10,467 nt of DNA, from assembly GCA_046861395.1 (NCBI GenBank), contig JBHHUC010000065.1:1-10467 (forward strand). The letters are read 5' to 3'. Below the pieces are notes generated by a model that was not told the DNA's origin, ran no database searches, and worked only from the letters and a program-made list of their open reading frames with translations. This DNA is from Fidelibacterota bacterium (GTDB taxonomy: Bacteria > Fidelibacterota > Marinisomatia > Marinisomatales > JABMOV01). Positions 1-7,933 of this stretch are shown one piece after another (the first letter of the stretch is position 1; each line of letters starts with the position of its first letter). The position numbers and the translations under genes were made by a program.

Positions 1-37
1 GATCTACTTGGGACTTCAGTACATACACATATATCAT
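1..37 (-). CDS. Second copy of the small GIY-YIG nuclease gene, 5' part only (truncated by window edge)
   Basis: Nucleotides 1-37 are identical to 322-358 and encode MIYVYVLKSQVD from an ATG at 37. Confidence 0.8.
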   Translation of the reverse strand, partial: MIYVYVLKSQVD

Positions 38-38
38 G

Positions 39-102
39 CGGAGGGGGAGGGATTTTGTCGAAGACATTCCTTCGGAAGAACCCCCGGTCCGCGCAAACGG
101 AC
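39..102 (-). pseudogene. Duplicated 3' half of tRNA-Ser(TGA) (variable arm, T arm, acceptor 3' strand) with a 22-nt insertion in the T loop
   Basis: 39-55 matches 360-376 and 78-102 matches 377-401 exactly. The extra sequence tgtcgaagacattccttcggaa occupies 56-77. There is no D arm or anticodon arm. Confidence 0.9.
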
Positions 103-103
103 C

Positions 104-358
104 TTACCACAGACCTTTTTCCGTAAGAAATTCCCGTAACCACTGATTGCCTTTTCCGTGTTTGAGGTAGGTTTCTCTTTTTATTGCCTCAGAGCGGGAG
201 TGAAATATTTCGGTATAGATCAGAGAGTAGGGCCGATGCGCTTTGGTAGAGCGAACTTTCCCATTATTGTGTGCTCGTAGTCTGTCTGAGAGTGATTGCG
301 TTTGTCCAATGTAGTGGAAATGATCTACTTGGGACTTCAGTACATACACATATATCAT
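104..358 (-). CDS. Small stand-alone GIY-YIG nuclease family protein, 84 aa
   Basis: MIYVYVL...HYIGQT...DRLRAHN...EAIKRE carries the YVY/YIG motif pair and the conserved Arg, His and Glu. The start is moved from 403 to the ATG at 358 because the upstream part overlaps the tRNA. Confidence 0.9.
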   Translation of the reverse strand: MIYVYVLKSQVDHFHYIGQTQSLSDRLRAHNNGKVRSTKAHRPYSLIYTEIFHSRSEAIKRETYLKHGKGNQWLREFLTEKGLW

Positions 359-359
359 G

Positions 360-446
360 CGGAGGGGGAGGGATTTGAACCCCCGGTCCGCGCAAACGGA
401 CAACGGTTTTCAAGACCGCCGCATTAAGCCGCTCTGCCACCCCTCC
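360..446 (-). tRNA. tRNA-Ser, anticodon TGA
   Basis: Reverse complement reads GGAGGGGTGGCAGAGCGGCTTAATGCG-GCGGT CT TGA AA ACCGT, long variable arm, GGTTCAAATCC T arm, CCCCTCC-G. CCA is not encoded. Confidence 0.96.
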
Positions 447-459
447 TGCAAGTTACGGG

Positions 460-546
460 CGGAGAGGGCGGGATTCGAACCCGCGATACGCGTAAACGTA
501 TACACGCTTTCCAAGCGTGCGCCTTCAGCCGCTCGGCCACCTCTCC
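460..546 (-). tRNA. tRNA-Ser, anticodon GGA
   Basis: Reverse complement reads GGAGAGGTGGCCGAGCGGCTGAAGGCG-CACGC TT GGA AA GCGTG, long variable arm, GGTTCGAATCC T arm, CCTCTCC-G. CCA is not encoded. Confidence 0.96.
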
Positions 547-581
547 AGATTATGTTAAAAAGCCAGAATGAATAGTTGTAA

Positions 582-887
582 TTAAGCGGCGGGACTTTCT
601 TCTTCCGTCTCCGGTTCGGCCGCGACGGCTTCCGGTTGTTCGGCAGTTTCTTCCCTTTCTTCGGTGTCAAAAACAGGCATTTCTATATCCAGCGCATTGG
701 CTTCATTATCCATCCGCTGTAAGGCCTGATCCAGGGTTTCTCCTCCCACCAGACGAACCATAGATTCATTAAAACGCCAGTGACCGGTTTTTTCCGATTT
801 CACACTTTTAACGTATTTGACAAATTTGATTTCAACGTGGTCCTTGCCCTTGACTTTTCCGGCAAATCCGACAGTTTTTCGTGCCAT
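582..887 (-). CDS. DUF4295 / ribosomal protein bL38-like protein with an acidic C-terminal extension, 101 aa
   Basis: The Lys-rich N-terminus MARKTV...KYVKSVKSEKTGHWRFNESMV resembles, from memory, the DUF4295 pattern MAKKTV...KMVKSPKTGAYxF. There is a GAGGAG RBS at 899-904, and the gene lies directly upstream of two tRNAs. Confidence 0.65.
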   Translation of the reverse strand: MARKTVGFAGKVKGKDHVEIKFVKYVKSVKSEKTGHWRFNESMVRLVGGETLDQALQRMDNEANALDIEMPVFDTEEREETAEQPEAVAAEPETEEESPAA

Positions 888-913
888 TGTAATTTTTTCT
901 CCTCAAAATTTGC

Positions 914-947
914 CGGCGAATTTACCCTTATATGTGCATCACTCCAA
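914..947 (-). promoter_or_regulatory. Putative sigma70 promoter for the bL38-like/tRNA-Ser transcript
   Basis: Minus strand reads TTGGAG (947-942), 17 nt, TAAATT (924-919), then a GC-rich discriminator CGCCG. The same TAAATTCGCCG precedes tRNA-Arg. Confidence 0.55.
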
Positions 948-1050
948 TGGGATTAAAGACGAATTCTGTTCAATTTACATTCCGGATCTGGGTTCTTTGG
1001 CGGCAGAGTTTATCCCTGTAATCCGGTTCTGTTCCCTGCTAATTTTACCT

Positions 1051-2544
1051 ATGCATAATGATTCCGTTCGAGTTCGTTTCGCGCCCAGCCCCACCGGAGA
1101 TTTTCATGTCGGCGGAGCCCGCACCGCCTTATTCAACTATGTATTTGCCCGTCGTCATCAAGGTTCGTTTATTCTTCGCATTGAGGATACGGACCGCAAA
1201 CGATTCAATCCGGATGCCCTGGACTGGTTACTAAATGGGTTGCGATATCTGGGAATGGAGTGGGATGAAGGACCGGAAGTGGGCGGCGAATACGGACCTT
1301 ATATTCAATCTCAACGACATGAGATTTATCACGAAAAAATCGCTATTTTACTGAAACATGATAAAGCATACGCCTGTTTCTGTACCTCGGAACGGTTGGA
1401 GGCGCTGCGGGAAGATCAGAAACTCCGGAAACAGGATATCGGATATGATGGACATTGCCGACGGTTGTCCCTGGCGGAAGCAGAGAGGCGAATTGAGGCC
1501 GGAGAATATCATGTAATTCGTGCCAAACTCCCGGAAAACGGTACGGTGATGATTCAGGATGAAATCCGCGGAGAGATTACATTCGATTATGGACGTATGC
1601 AGGATGCCGTGTTGCTGAAAGCAGATGGAACACCGACCTATCATTTCGCCAATGTCGTCGATGATCATTTAATGGCAATAACGCACATCCTGCGCGGAGA
1701 TGAATGGGTCAATAGTCTGCCACTGCATCATTTCCTGTATTCAGCCTTTGGCTGGGATCCACCCTTGTTTGTCCATCTTCCTGTCATTCTAAATCCCACG
1801 GGAAAGGGGAAAATGAGTAAACGGGCCCAACGGGCTCCGGACGGATCGGAATATCCGGTCTTTGTGCGGCAATTTCAGGAAGCCGGATATTTACCGGAAG
1901 CATTGGTGAATTTTCTGGCTCTGCTGGGGTGGAGCTATGATGACCACACGGAATTCATGACGATTGACGAAATCATTAGACGATTTTCCCTGGAACGGAT
2001 TTCACCGTCACCGGCGGCTTTTGATTATGAAAAATTGCGGGCCATGAACGGACATTATATTCGTTCCTTGTCTATGGATGATCTGGCCCGGCGAATAATC
2101 CCCTTCCTTGAAAAAGCCGGTTTACCTGCCGATCAACAGAAAGTGGAAGCATTGCTCCCCTTGGTTCAGGAAAGAATGTTTACCCTCGCGGAGAGTGCGG
2201 GACAGCTGGATATTTTCCTTCAGGAAAAATTGGCGCCCTACGATCCGGCGATTTTATTGCCCAAACGAACCGGCCCGGAGGATACGGTTGCGGTCCTGGA
2301 AAAAGTATCATCTGTTTTGCAGGGTGTCCAATTTGACGAAGAAAATATCGAAGGGGCCTTAAGACGGCTGGTGGAAGATATGGGTCTGAAAGCAGGCGTT
2401 GTTTTTCAGCCAATACGCTGTGCCGTTTGCGGTCGTAAGAATGCTCCGCCCTTGTTTGCCACTCTGGCGGCCATGGGACGGGAAAAAGTCTTGCAACGGT
2501 TGGCGGCGGCTATCACGTTATTAACGGAATGGAATGATAATTAA
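1051..2544 (+). CDS. gltX: Glutamate--tRNA ligase
   Basis: [17 protein letters not shown] (HIGH motif), LRIEDTD, CFC...[14 protein letters not shown] and KMSKR. The start is set at ATG 1051 because the track's extension from 817 overlaps the opposite-strand gene and promoter. Confidence 0.96.
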   Translation: MHNDSVRVRFAPSPTGDFHVGGARTALFNYVFARRHQGSFILRIEDTDRKRFNPDALDWLLNGLRYLGMEWDEGPEVGGEYGPYIQSQRHEIYHEKIAILLKHDKAYACFCTSERLEALREDQKLRKQDIGYDGHCRRLSLAEAERRIEAGEYHVIRAKLPENGTVMIQDEIRGEITFDYGRMQDAVLLKADGTPTYHFANVVDDHLMAITHILRGDEWVNSLPLHHFLYSAFGWDPPLFVHLPVILNPTGKGKMSKRAQRAPDGSEYPVFVRQFQEAGYLPEALVNFLALLGWSYDDHTEFMTIDEIIRRFSLERISPSPAAFDYEKLRAMNGHYIRSLSMDDLARRIIPFLEKAGLPADQQKVEALLPLVQERMFTLAESAGQLDIFLQEKLAPYDPAILLPKRTGPEDTVAVLEKVSSVLQGVQFDEENIEGALRRLVEDMGLKAGVVFQPIRCAVCGRKNAPPLFATLAAMGREKVLQRLAAAITLLTEWNDN

Positions 2545-2545
2545 T

Positions 2546-4228
2546 ATGACGGAAAAAGATTCAGATACATCCAAAACGCGACACTTTATTGATGCCATAA
2601 TTCAGGAAGATCTGGCATCCGGGAAGCATACGTCCATCGCCACCCGGTTCCCTCCCGAACCCAATGGCTATCTCCATATCGGTCACGCGATATCCATCTG
2701 TATGAATTTTGGATTGGCCGAACAATACGGCGGAACCTGTAATTTGCGTTTTGACGACACCAACCCGGTGAAGGAAGAAGACGAATATGTCGATGCCATC
2801 AAGGAAGACGTGCGTTGGCTGGGTTATGATTGGGGCGACCGACTGTACTTCGCGTCAGACTATTTCGAACGAATGTACAACTTGGCACTGGATCTGATAA
2901 AAAAAAGGAAAGCCTATGTATGCGATCTGACGCCGGACCAGATTCGGGATTATCGCGGTACACTGACAAAACCGGGGAAGGAGAGTCCTTACCGCAACCG
3001 GTCGGTGGAAGAAAATCTTGATCTTTTCATTCGCATGAAGAATGGAGAATTTCCGGACGGCAGTCGTACTCTCCGGGCTAAGATTGATATGCAGGCTTCC
3101 AATCTCAACTTGCGTGATCCCATTATTTATCGCATTCTCCATGCTCCCCACCACAGAACAGGAGATACTTGGTGCATTTATCCCATGTATGATTGGGCTC
3201 ACGGACTTGAAGATTCGATCGAAAAAATCACTCATTCACTCTGTACGCTGGAATTCGAAGATCATCGACCCCTGTATGATTGGTTCCTGGAGCAATTGGA
3301 CGTATACCATCCCCGGCAAATTGAATTTGCCCGTTTGAATGTGAGTTATACCGTCACCAGCAAACGTAAACTCGTGCAGTTGGTGAATGAGGGCATTGTT
3401 CAGGGCTGGGATGATCCCCGCTTGCCCACCATTATCGGTATGCGCCGTCGCGGGTATCCGCCGGAGGCCATTCGTTTGTTTTCAGACAAGGTGGGCATTG
3501 CCAAGCGGGACTCCATCACCGATATGGCTTTATTGGAATATTGTGTACGAGATGTTCTCAATCGCACGGTGCGCCGGGTGATGGGTGTATTGAATCCACT
3601 CAAAGTGGTCATTACCAATTATCCTGAGAAGGAGATCGAATACCTGGAAGCCATTAACAGCCCGGAAGATTCGAATATGGGCACACGTCAGGTCCCGTTT
3701 GCAAGGGAAATATATATTGAACGGGAAGATTTTATGGAAGACCCGCCGCGGAAATATTTCCGACTTGCGCCGGGACGTGAAGTCCGGCTCCGCTATGCTT
3801 ATTTCATCACCTGTGAAGAAGTGGTAAAGGATGAGCAAGGAAATATCCTGGAGCTGCACTGTACCTATGACCCGGCCACACGTGGCGGATCTGCACCGGA
3901 TGGACGAAAAGTGAAAGGAACAATTCACTGGGTGGCCGGTCCCACAGCCTGCCGGGCCACAGTGCGGTTATACGATCGGCTGTTTACGGTTGAACAACCA
4001 GGCTCCGGGGGAGAGGACTTCCGGGACAATATTCATCCGGAATCACTGGTTGTATTGCAGGATTGTCTGGTGGAACCGGAAGTGAAGACGTTTGCGCCGG
4101 AAACCCGCTTCCAGTTTGAACGAAAAGGGTATTTTTGCATTGATCGCAGGGACAGCACACCGGAGTCTCTTGTCATTAATCGAACTGTAACCTTACGTGA
4201 TACTTGGTCCCGGAAGGCGCGATCGTAA
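2546..4228 (+). CDS. glnS: Glutamine--tRNA ligase
   Basis: [71 protein letters not shown] and FQFERKGYF. An alternative start exists at 2534. Confidence 0.97.
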   Translation: MTEKDSDTSKTRHFIDAIIQEDLASGKHTSIATRFPPEPNGYLHIGHAISICMNFGLAEQYGGTCNLRFDDTNPVKEEDEYVDAIKEDVRWLGYDWGDRLYFASDYFERMYNLALDLIKKRKAYVCDLTPDQIRDYRGTLTKPGKESPYRNRSVEENLDLFIRMKNGEFPDGSRTLRAKIDMQASNLNLRDPIIYRILHAPHHRTGDTWCIYPMYDWAHGLEDSIEKITHSLCTLEFEDHRPLYDWFLEQLDVYHPRQIEFARLNVSYTVTSKRKLVQLVNEGIVQGWDDPRLPTIIGMRRRGYPPEAIRLFSDKVGIAKRDSITDMALLEYCVRDVLNRTVRRVMGVLNPLKVVITNYPEKEIEYLEAINSPEDSNMGTRQVPFAREIYIEREDFMEDPPRKYFRLAPGREVRLRYAYFITCEEVVKDEQGNILELHCTYDPATRGGSAPDGRKVKGTIHWVAGPTACRATVRLYDRLFTVEQPGSGGEDFRDNIHPESLVVLQDCLVEPEVKTFAPETRFQFERKGYFCIDRRDSTPESLVINRTVTLRDTWSRKARS

Positions 4229-4273
4229 AAATTGGTTTTGAGAAACAGGGAAAAACAGGTAATTTGGATTGAT

Positions 4274-5575
4274 ATGAAGGTGACCAAAGCAGGACTATTT
4301 CTGGTTTTACTTTTCCTCTTTACAGGTGTCTGGTCGAATCCTGCCGCATCACCGCGGGTAAATTTATACCTGATAAAATTTGATAATCTTAAAAATGAAG
4401 AAAGCATCAATTGGCTTTCCAGTGCCTTCCCGGACATGCTCAGGGAATACTTTAAGGGAAATCATCAGGTGGCGACCCGCAACAATGAAGACCTGGAAAC
4501 AATTATGTCCAATCGCAATCTGCTTCTCCATCAACCGCGGGGGACGAAGAATTTCCTTGTACTGGGGAAATTCGAGCGGCAACTGGATGAAATTTCAATC
4601 ACGATCCAATTAATCAATATTGCCAACTGGGAGGAAATCGGATCCCGGAAGATTGCCGGACTGTATACGGCAATTCCCGATATTAATAAAGAGATCACGG
4701 AAAATATTGAATCAATGATTCAACCCTTTATTCCGAATGTTACCGCGAAAAAATATCCGGAATTCTCTGAACCGGAACCTTACCGGCCGAAGCGCGATTT
4801 TTCCGAATCATCCCGGGATTTGACATCATCCATCGATAAGGCCATCGATGAATTGGAAATAAGCTTGGATATGGCTTCCGGCGCACGGGGAAAACCGGAT
4901 GAACATGATCCGGCCTCCGAAGGAGAGTGGGTCATGGATCTGAATGTGGATAATGAAATTGAGAAAAATCCGGAAAACGACGCCAATACGGAAATGCTGG
5001 AAACCGTCATCAGAACCCTGACCGACAGTCCCTACAATGTCAGCATGAAACGACCCCAGTTTGAGTACGATCGGGAGGACGATTCGAAAATGCAAGTGAT
5101 TTTCCCGGTAACTTATACCCTGAAAGAAAATATTATTAAAGATATGTTGGTGTCGTTGCCCTATTCCGGTCTGCAGCAGGACGGTAGTTTGACTATTTTC
5201 TATTTTAATCGGGACAAATTTAATTTTCCCGACCGGCTCATTCATCTTATCCAGAAGCAGCAGTATCGGGCGGTTCCCGTGATTCAGTTCACTGATAAAT
5301 CCGGGAATCCGAAAGTCGTAATTGTGGACAGTCCCGACACGGGTGCGATGAAACGGGAGAGTCAACGGGTACAATATATTCCCGTCCATCGCTTTTCACC
5401 CCTGATCGATTTCACCCTGGGCGGCTGGTCACTGCAGATTGCCATGGAGACGGTTGAAATTCCGGTGGAATACCGTTTCAATATGGACATCAAAGATGTG
5501 GACGGCCTGGAACGGGTTCGTCTTAAATTTGTTCCGGAAGCCGAACTGGATGCCTTTTTAGATAACATTTTATAA
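4274..5575 (+). CDS. Exported hypothetical protein with an N-terminal TolB-N/CsgG/FlgO-like domain
   Basis: Signal peptide MKVTKAGLFLVLLFLFTGVWS, then the pattern FDN...WLSSAFPDML...LVLGKF...ITIQLINI typical of TolB-N-like domains, an acidic linker and an unrecognised C-terminal part. Confidence 0.6.
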   Translation: MKVTKAGLFLVLLFLFTGVWSNPAASPRVNLYLIKFDNLKNEESINWLSSAFPDMLREYFKGNHQVATRNNEDLETIMSNRNLLLHQPRGTKNFLVLGKFERQLDEISITIQLINIANWEEIGSRKIAGLYTAIPDINKEITENIESMIQPFIPNVTAKKYPEFSEPEPYRPKRDFSESSRDLTSSIDKAIDELEISLDMASGARGKPDEHDPASEGEWVMDLNVDNEIEKNPENDANTEMLETVIRTLTDSPYNVSMKRPQFEYDREDDSKMQVIFPVTYTLKENIIKDMLVSLPYSGLQQDGSLTIFYFNRDKFNFPDRLIHLIQKQQYRAVPVIQFTDKSGNPKVVIVDSPDTGAMKRESQRVQYIPVHRFSPLIDFTLGGWSLQIAMETVEIPVEYRFNMDIKDVDGLERVRLKFVPEAELDAFLDNIL

Positions 5576-5589
5576 CCCGGGTTTATCAA

Positions 5590-6078
5590 ATGAAACGATG
5601 GCTGATATTCTTCTCCCTTTTTCATATTGGTTTATTTTCCCAAACGACCCAAGTCGCCCCCAATGTAACATTAACATTGCTGGACGGTAAAAAAGTCCAG
5701 TTAAAGGATATAGCCAGCCAGGGTCCGGTGGTAGTCGATTTTTGGGCGACCTGGTGCGAACCGTGTAAGAAAGAAATGGTTCAACTGGAAAAAATATATA
5801 AAAAGTACAAGGAACAGGGACTGACCATTCTTGCCATCAGCCAGGATTCGCCGAGAAGTCTGGCCAAGGTAAAACCGTATATCCGGTCAAAACGCTTTAC
5901 TTACCAGGTGGCGCGAGATCCCAACCAGCAAGTGGGGAAAAAGTTTAATGTACAGTTACTGCCCACGACATTTATCGTCAATTCCGGGATGGAAATTGTC
6001 TGGACCCACCAGGGCTATATTCCAGGGGATGAAAAAAAACTGGAAACGATAATCCTGGGACTGTTGGGTGATGAATAA
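5590..6078 (+). CDS. TlpA/ResA-family thiol:disulfide oxidoreductase, exported
   Basis: Signal peptide, VVVDFWATWCEPCKKEM active site and LLPTTFIV cis-Pro loop. Confidence 0.93.
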   Translation: MKRWLIFFSLFHIGLFSQTTQVAPNVTLTLLDGKKVQLKDIASQGPVVVDFWATWCEPCKKEMVQLEKIYKKYKEQGLTILAISQDSPRSLAKVKPYIRSKRFTYQVARDPNQQVGKKFNVQLLPTTFIVNSGMEIVWTHQGYIPGDEKKLETIILGLLGDE

Positions 6079-7870
6079 CCGGATTTTATATTTTATAGTC
6101 TGCTGTATCACCCTTTCCTTTCTGTCGGCACAAGTAACCGTTTCCGGCAGTGCCAATATTCGTTACGGGGAAGATAAGACCGGGTTCATTTATTCGGAGA
6201 AATTTTTTGACACTCAAATGCAGATCGGACCCTTGACTACCTGGTTTCAATGGGAATTCAGTAATCCTCCCGAAGTGGGGTTGCCCCATGCCGGTCTGCG
6301 AAAATTCCGGTTTGAGTATGAATCGGACCGGACCATGATAAAATACGGTGATCTCTATGAATTCTGGGGCCGGGGCCTGGTCCTGAATCAATTTGAAAAT
6401 CAGCAGATTGATATCGATAATTCCGTGACCGGGCTTTTCTTGTCCTCGCATCTGAAGGAACGCTGGGTCCTGGATATCATTTCAGGGCAGGGGAAGCTAT
6501 GGTATCAGGATGAACGGGTGAATAATCCGCCATATGATGAAAGACGACCCAATTACCGCCGGGAACACAGAGTCATCGGTTCTCGTCTGCATTATCAGGG
6601 GGACCGGTTCGATATGGGAGCAACCTATCTCCAGTCCAGGGAACGCCATCCCTACCCATCCGGAACTCCATTGGGTTCGGAAATGGATACACTGGCCCTG
6701 AAGCATCGATTAAATAGCCTATATGCCAACCTATACCTGCCATTCATGGATGTATCCCTGGAATATGCCGAAACACGCACGGCTGAGTTCATCCCGGACA
6801 GGGTGGCATTATTTCCCCGGGGTCGGGGTCAGTCCTTTTACGGGAGTGTCAATGCCTACCTGCCCCTTTTGACCGTATTTTTTGATTATAAGCGGTATGG
6901 TTTCGACTCGCGCATTCCCGATGAAGGTTCACCGGCCTATTATTATACCGGAGCCCTGGGTTTTCAAAGCCCGCCCATTGTTATCAAGGAACATACTTCC
7001 CAATTGTTGAACCGGATAACACACGTGACGGATATTGACAATGAAGTAGGTTACCAGGTCGAGATATCAGGACCCATTACCTCTGATCTGGTGGCCAATC
7101 TGAATTTCAGCCGTGCCAGCATGATCAATCGTTGGCAGCAGGAACGGCTGCAACCCTTTGGCTGGGAATGGAAGAAGAACGGGTCCGCCATATTTTGGCC
7201 GGTTCAGGATAAATCCGCCAAACCGTTTGGTGAAATTTATGCCGAAATAGAAGGGTATATTTCCGATCCCGTGCATGTGAAAATGGGCGCAGCGTATACC
7301 GAAGATATTCCGGAATTCATCGGCTATTCTATCACGGATACTACACGGGACCTGAATTATGTGACGCTCAAGGCCCACACCTACCCTCTGGCACTGGATA
7401 TTTCCTTTGCCGATCATTGGAACCTGGAAGTGAAATATGAACGCCAGATTCTGGAAAAAATGCGACGGTCGTCGGTTTCTATTCTTATGCCTGATACCAT
7501 TCAGTTGATTGATAACAGCTTTTCTTTGTTTGAAAACGGGGGGGCTCAAGATGGCTGGATTCTGAGTTTAGGGATCGGGCGGTCACCACAATGGTCGTTG
7601 AATATTCTCATCGATGCCATATCGACTCGGGAATTCGGAACCTATGAAGATTTCCAATTTGAAAATCCGATGGAAAAAATATTTGCCCGATTCATGGAAA
7701 TAGAGAATAAATGGATTTCGCTGGAATTTAGCGTGAATTTAACGGAAAGAACTCGGTTCCAGGTCGCCTATGGATCGCTGCAGGGCGGTATTGTGTGTAC
7801 AAACGGAATCTGTCGTTTCATCGAACCATTCAACGACGGTTTTCAACTGTCACTTGTATCTCTGTTTTAA
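6071..7870 (+). CDS. Putative outer-membrane beta-barrel protein, DUF6029-like
   Basis: Signal peptide, GDLYEFWGRGLVL motif, alternating amphipathic strands, C-terminal GGIVCTNGICRF motif and terminal Phe. It overlaps the TlpA stop codon. The family name is from recognition, not a search. Confidence 0.7.
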   Translation: MNNRILYFIVCCITLSFLSAQVTVSGSANIRYGEDKTGFIYSEKFFDTQMQIGPLTTWFQWEFSNPPEVGLPHAGLRKFRFEYESDRTMIKYGDLYEFWGRGLVLNQFENQQIDIDNSVTGLFLSSHLKERWVLDIISGQGKLWYQDERVNNPPYDERRPNYRREHRVIGSRLHYQGDRFDMGATYLQSRERHPYPSGTPLGSEMDTLALKHRLNSLYANLYLPFMDVSLEYAETRTAEFIPDRVALFPRGRGQSFYGSVNAYLPLLTVFFDYKRYGFDSRIPDEGSPAYYYTGALGFQSPPIVIKEHTSQLLNRITHVTDIDNEVGYQVEISGPITSDLVANLNFSRASMINRWQQERLQPFGWEWKKNGSAIFWPVQDKSAKPFGEIYAEIEGYISDPVHVKMGAAYTEDIPEFIGYSITDTTRDLNYVTLKAHTYPLALDISFADHWNLEVKYERQILEKMRRSSVSILMPDTIQLIDNSFSLFENGGAQDGWILSLGIGRSPQWSLNILIDAISTREFGTYEDFQFENPMEKIFARFMEIENKWISLEFSVNLTERTRFQVAYGSLQGGIVCTNGICRFIEPFNDGFQLSLVSLF

Positions 7871-7882
7871 TCAACTGATTAC

Positions 7883-7911
7883 TTGTGAAATATTTTCCGT
7901 TGCTGTAATTT
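7883..7911 (+). promoter_or_regulatory. Putative sigma70 promoter upstream of selenoprotein 1
   Basis: TTGTGA (7883-7888), 17 nt, TAATTT (7906-7911) in an AT-rich intergenic gap. Confidence 0.35.
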
Positions 7912-7933
7912 GTCTGAGAAATTGGGGAACATT

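Larger units (their letters stand above)
1..401. repeat. Direct repeat 1-102 vs 322-401, defining a 321-bp unit (GIY-YIG gene plus tRNA 3' fragment)
   Basis: 1-55 = 322-376 and 78-102 = 377-401, read directly from the sequence. Confidence 0.92.

Noticed and set aside
1..401. CRISPR array
   Set aside because: The repeat is tRNA- and CDS-derived, only two copies are visible, the intervening sequence is a gene, and no cas genes are present.
360..446. tRNA with 'TGA' as a possible tRNA-Sec (selC) or opal suppressor
   Set aside because: Anticodon UGA reads the Ser codon UCA, whereas tRNA-Sec needs anticodon UCA. The acceptor stem is a normal 7 bp.
357..670. ORFs 357-575 (+) and 410-670 (-)
   Set aside because: They overlap the two tRNA-Ser genes and are typical tRNA shadow ORFs.
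817..1050. 78-aa N-terminal extension of GluRS
   Set aside because: It starts at a non-ATG codon inside the opposite-strand gene and crosses its promoter. GluRS homology begins just after ATG 1051.
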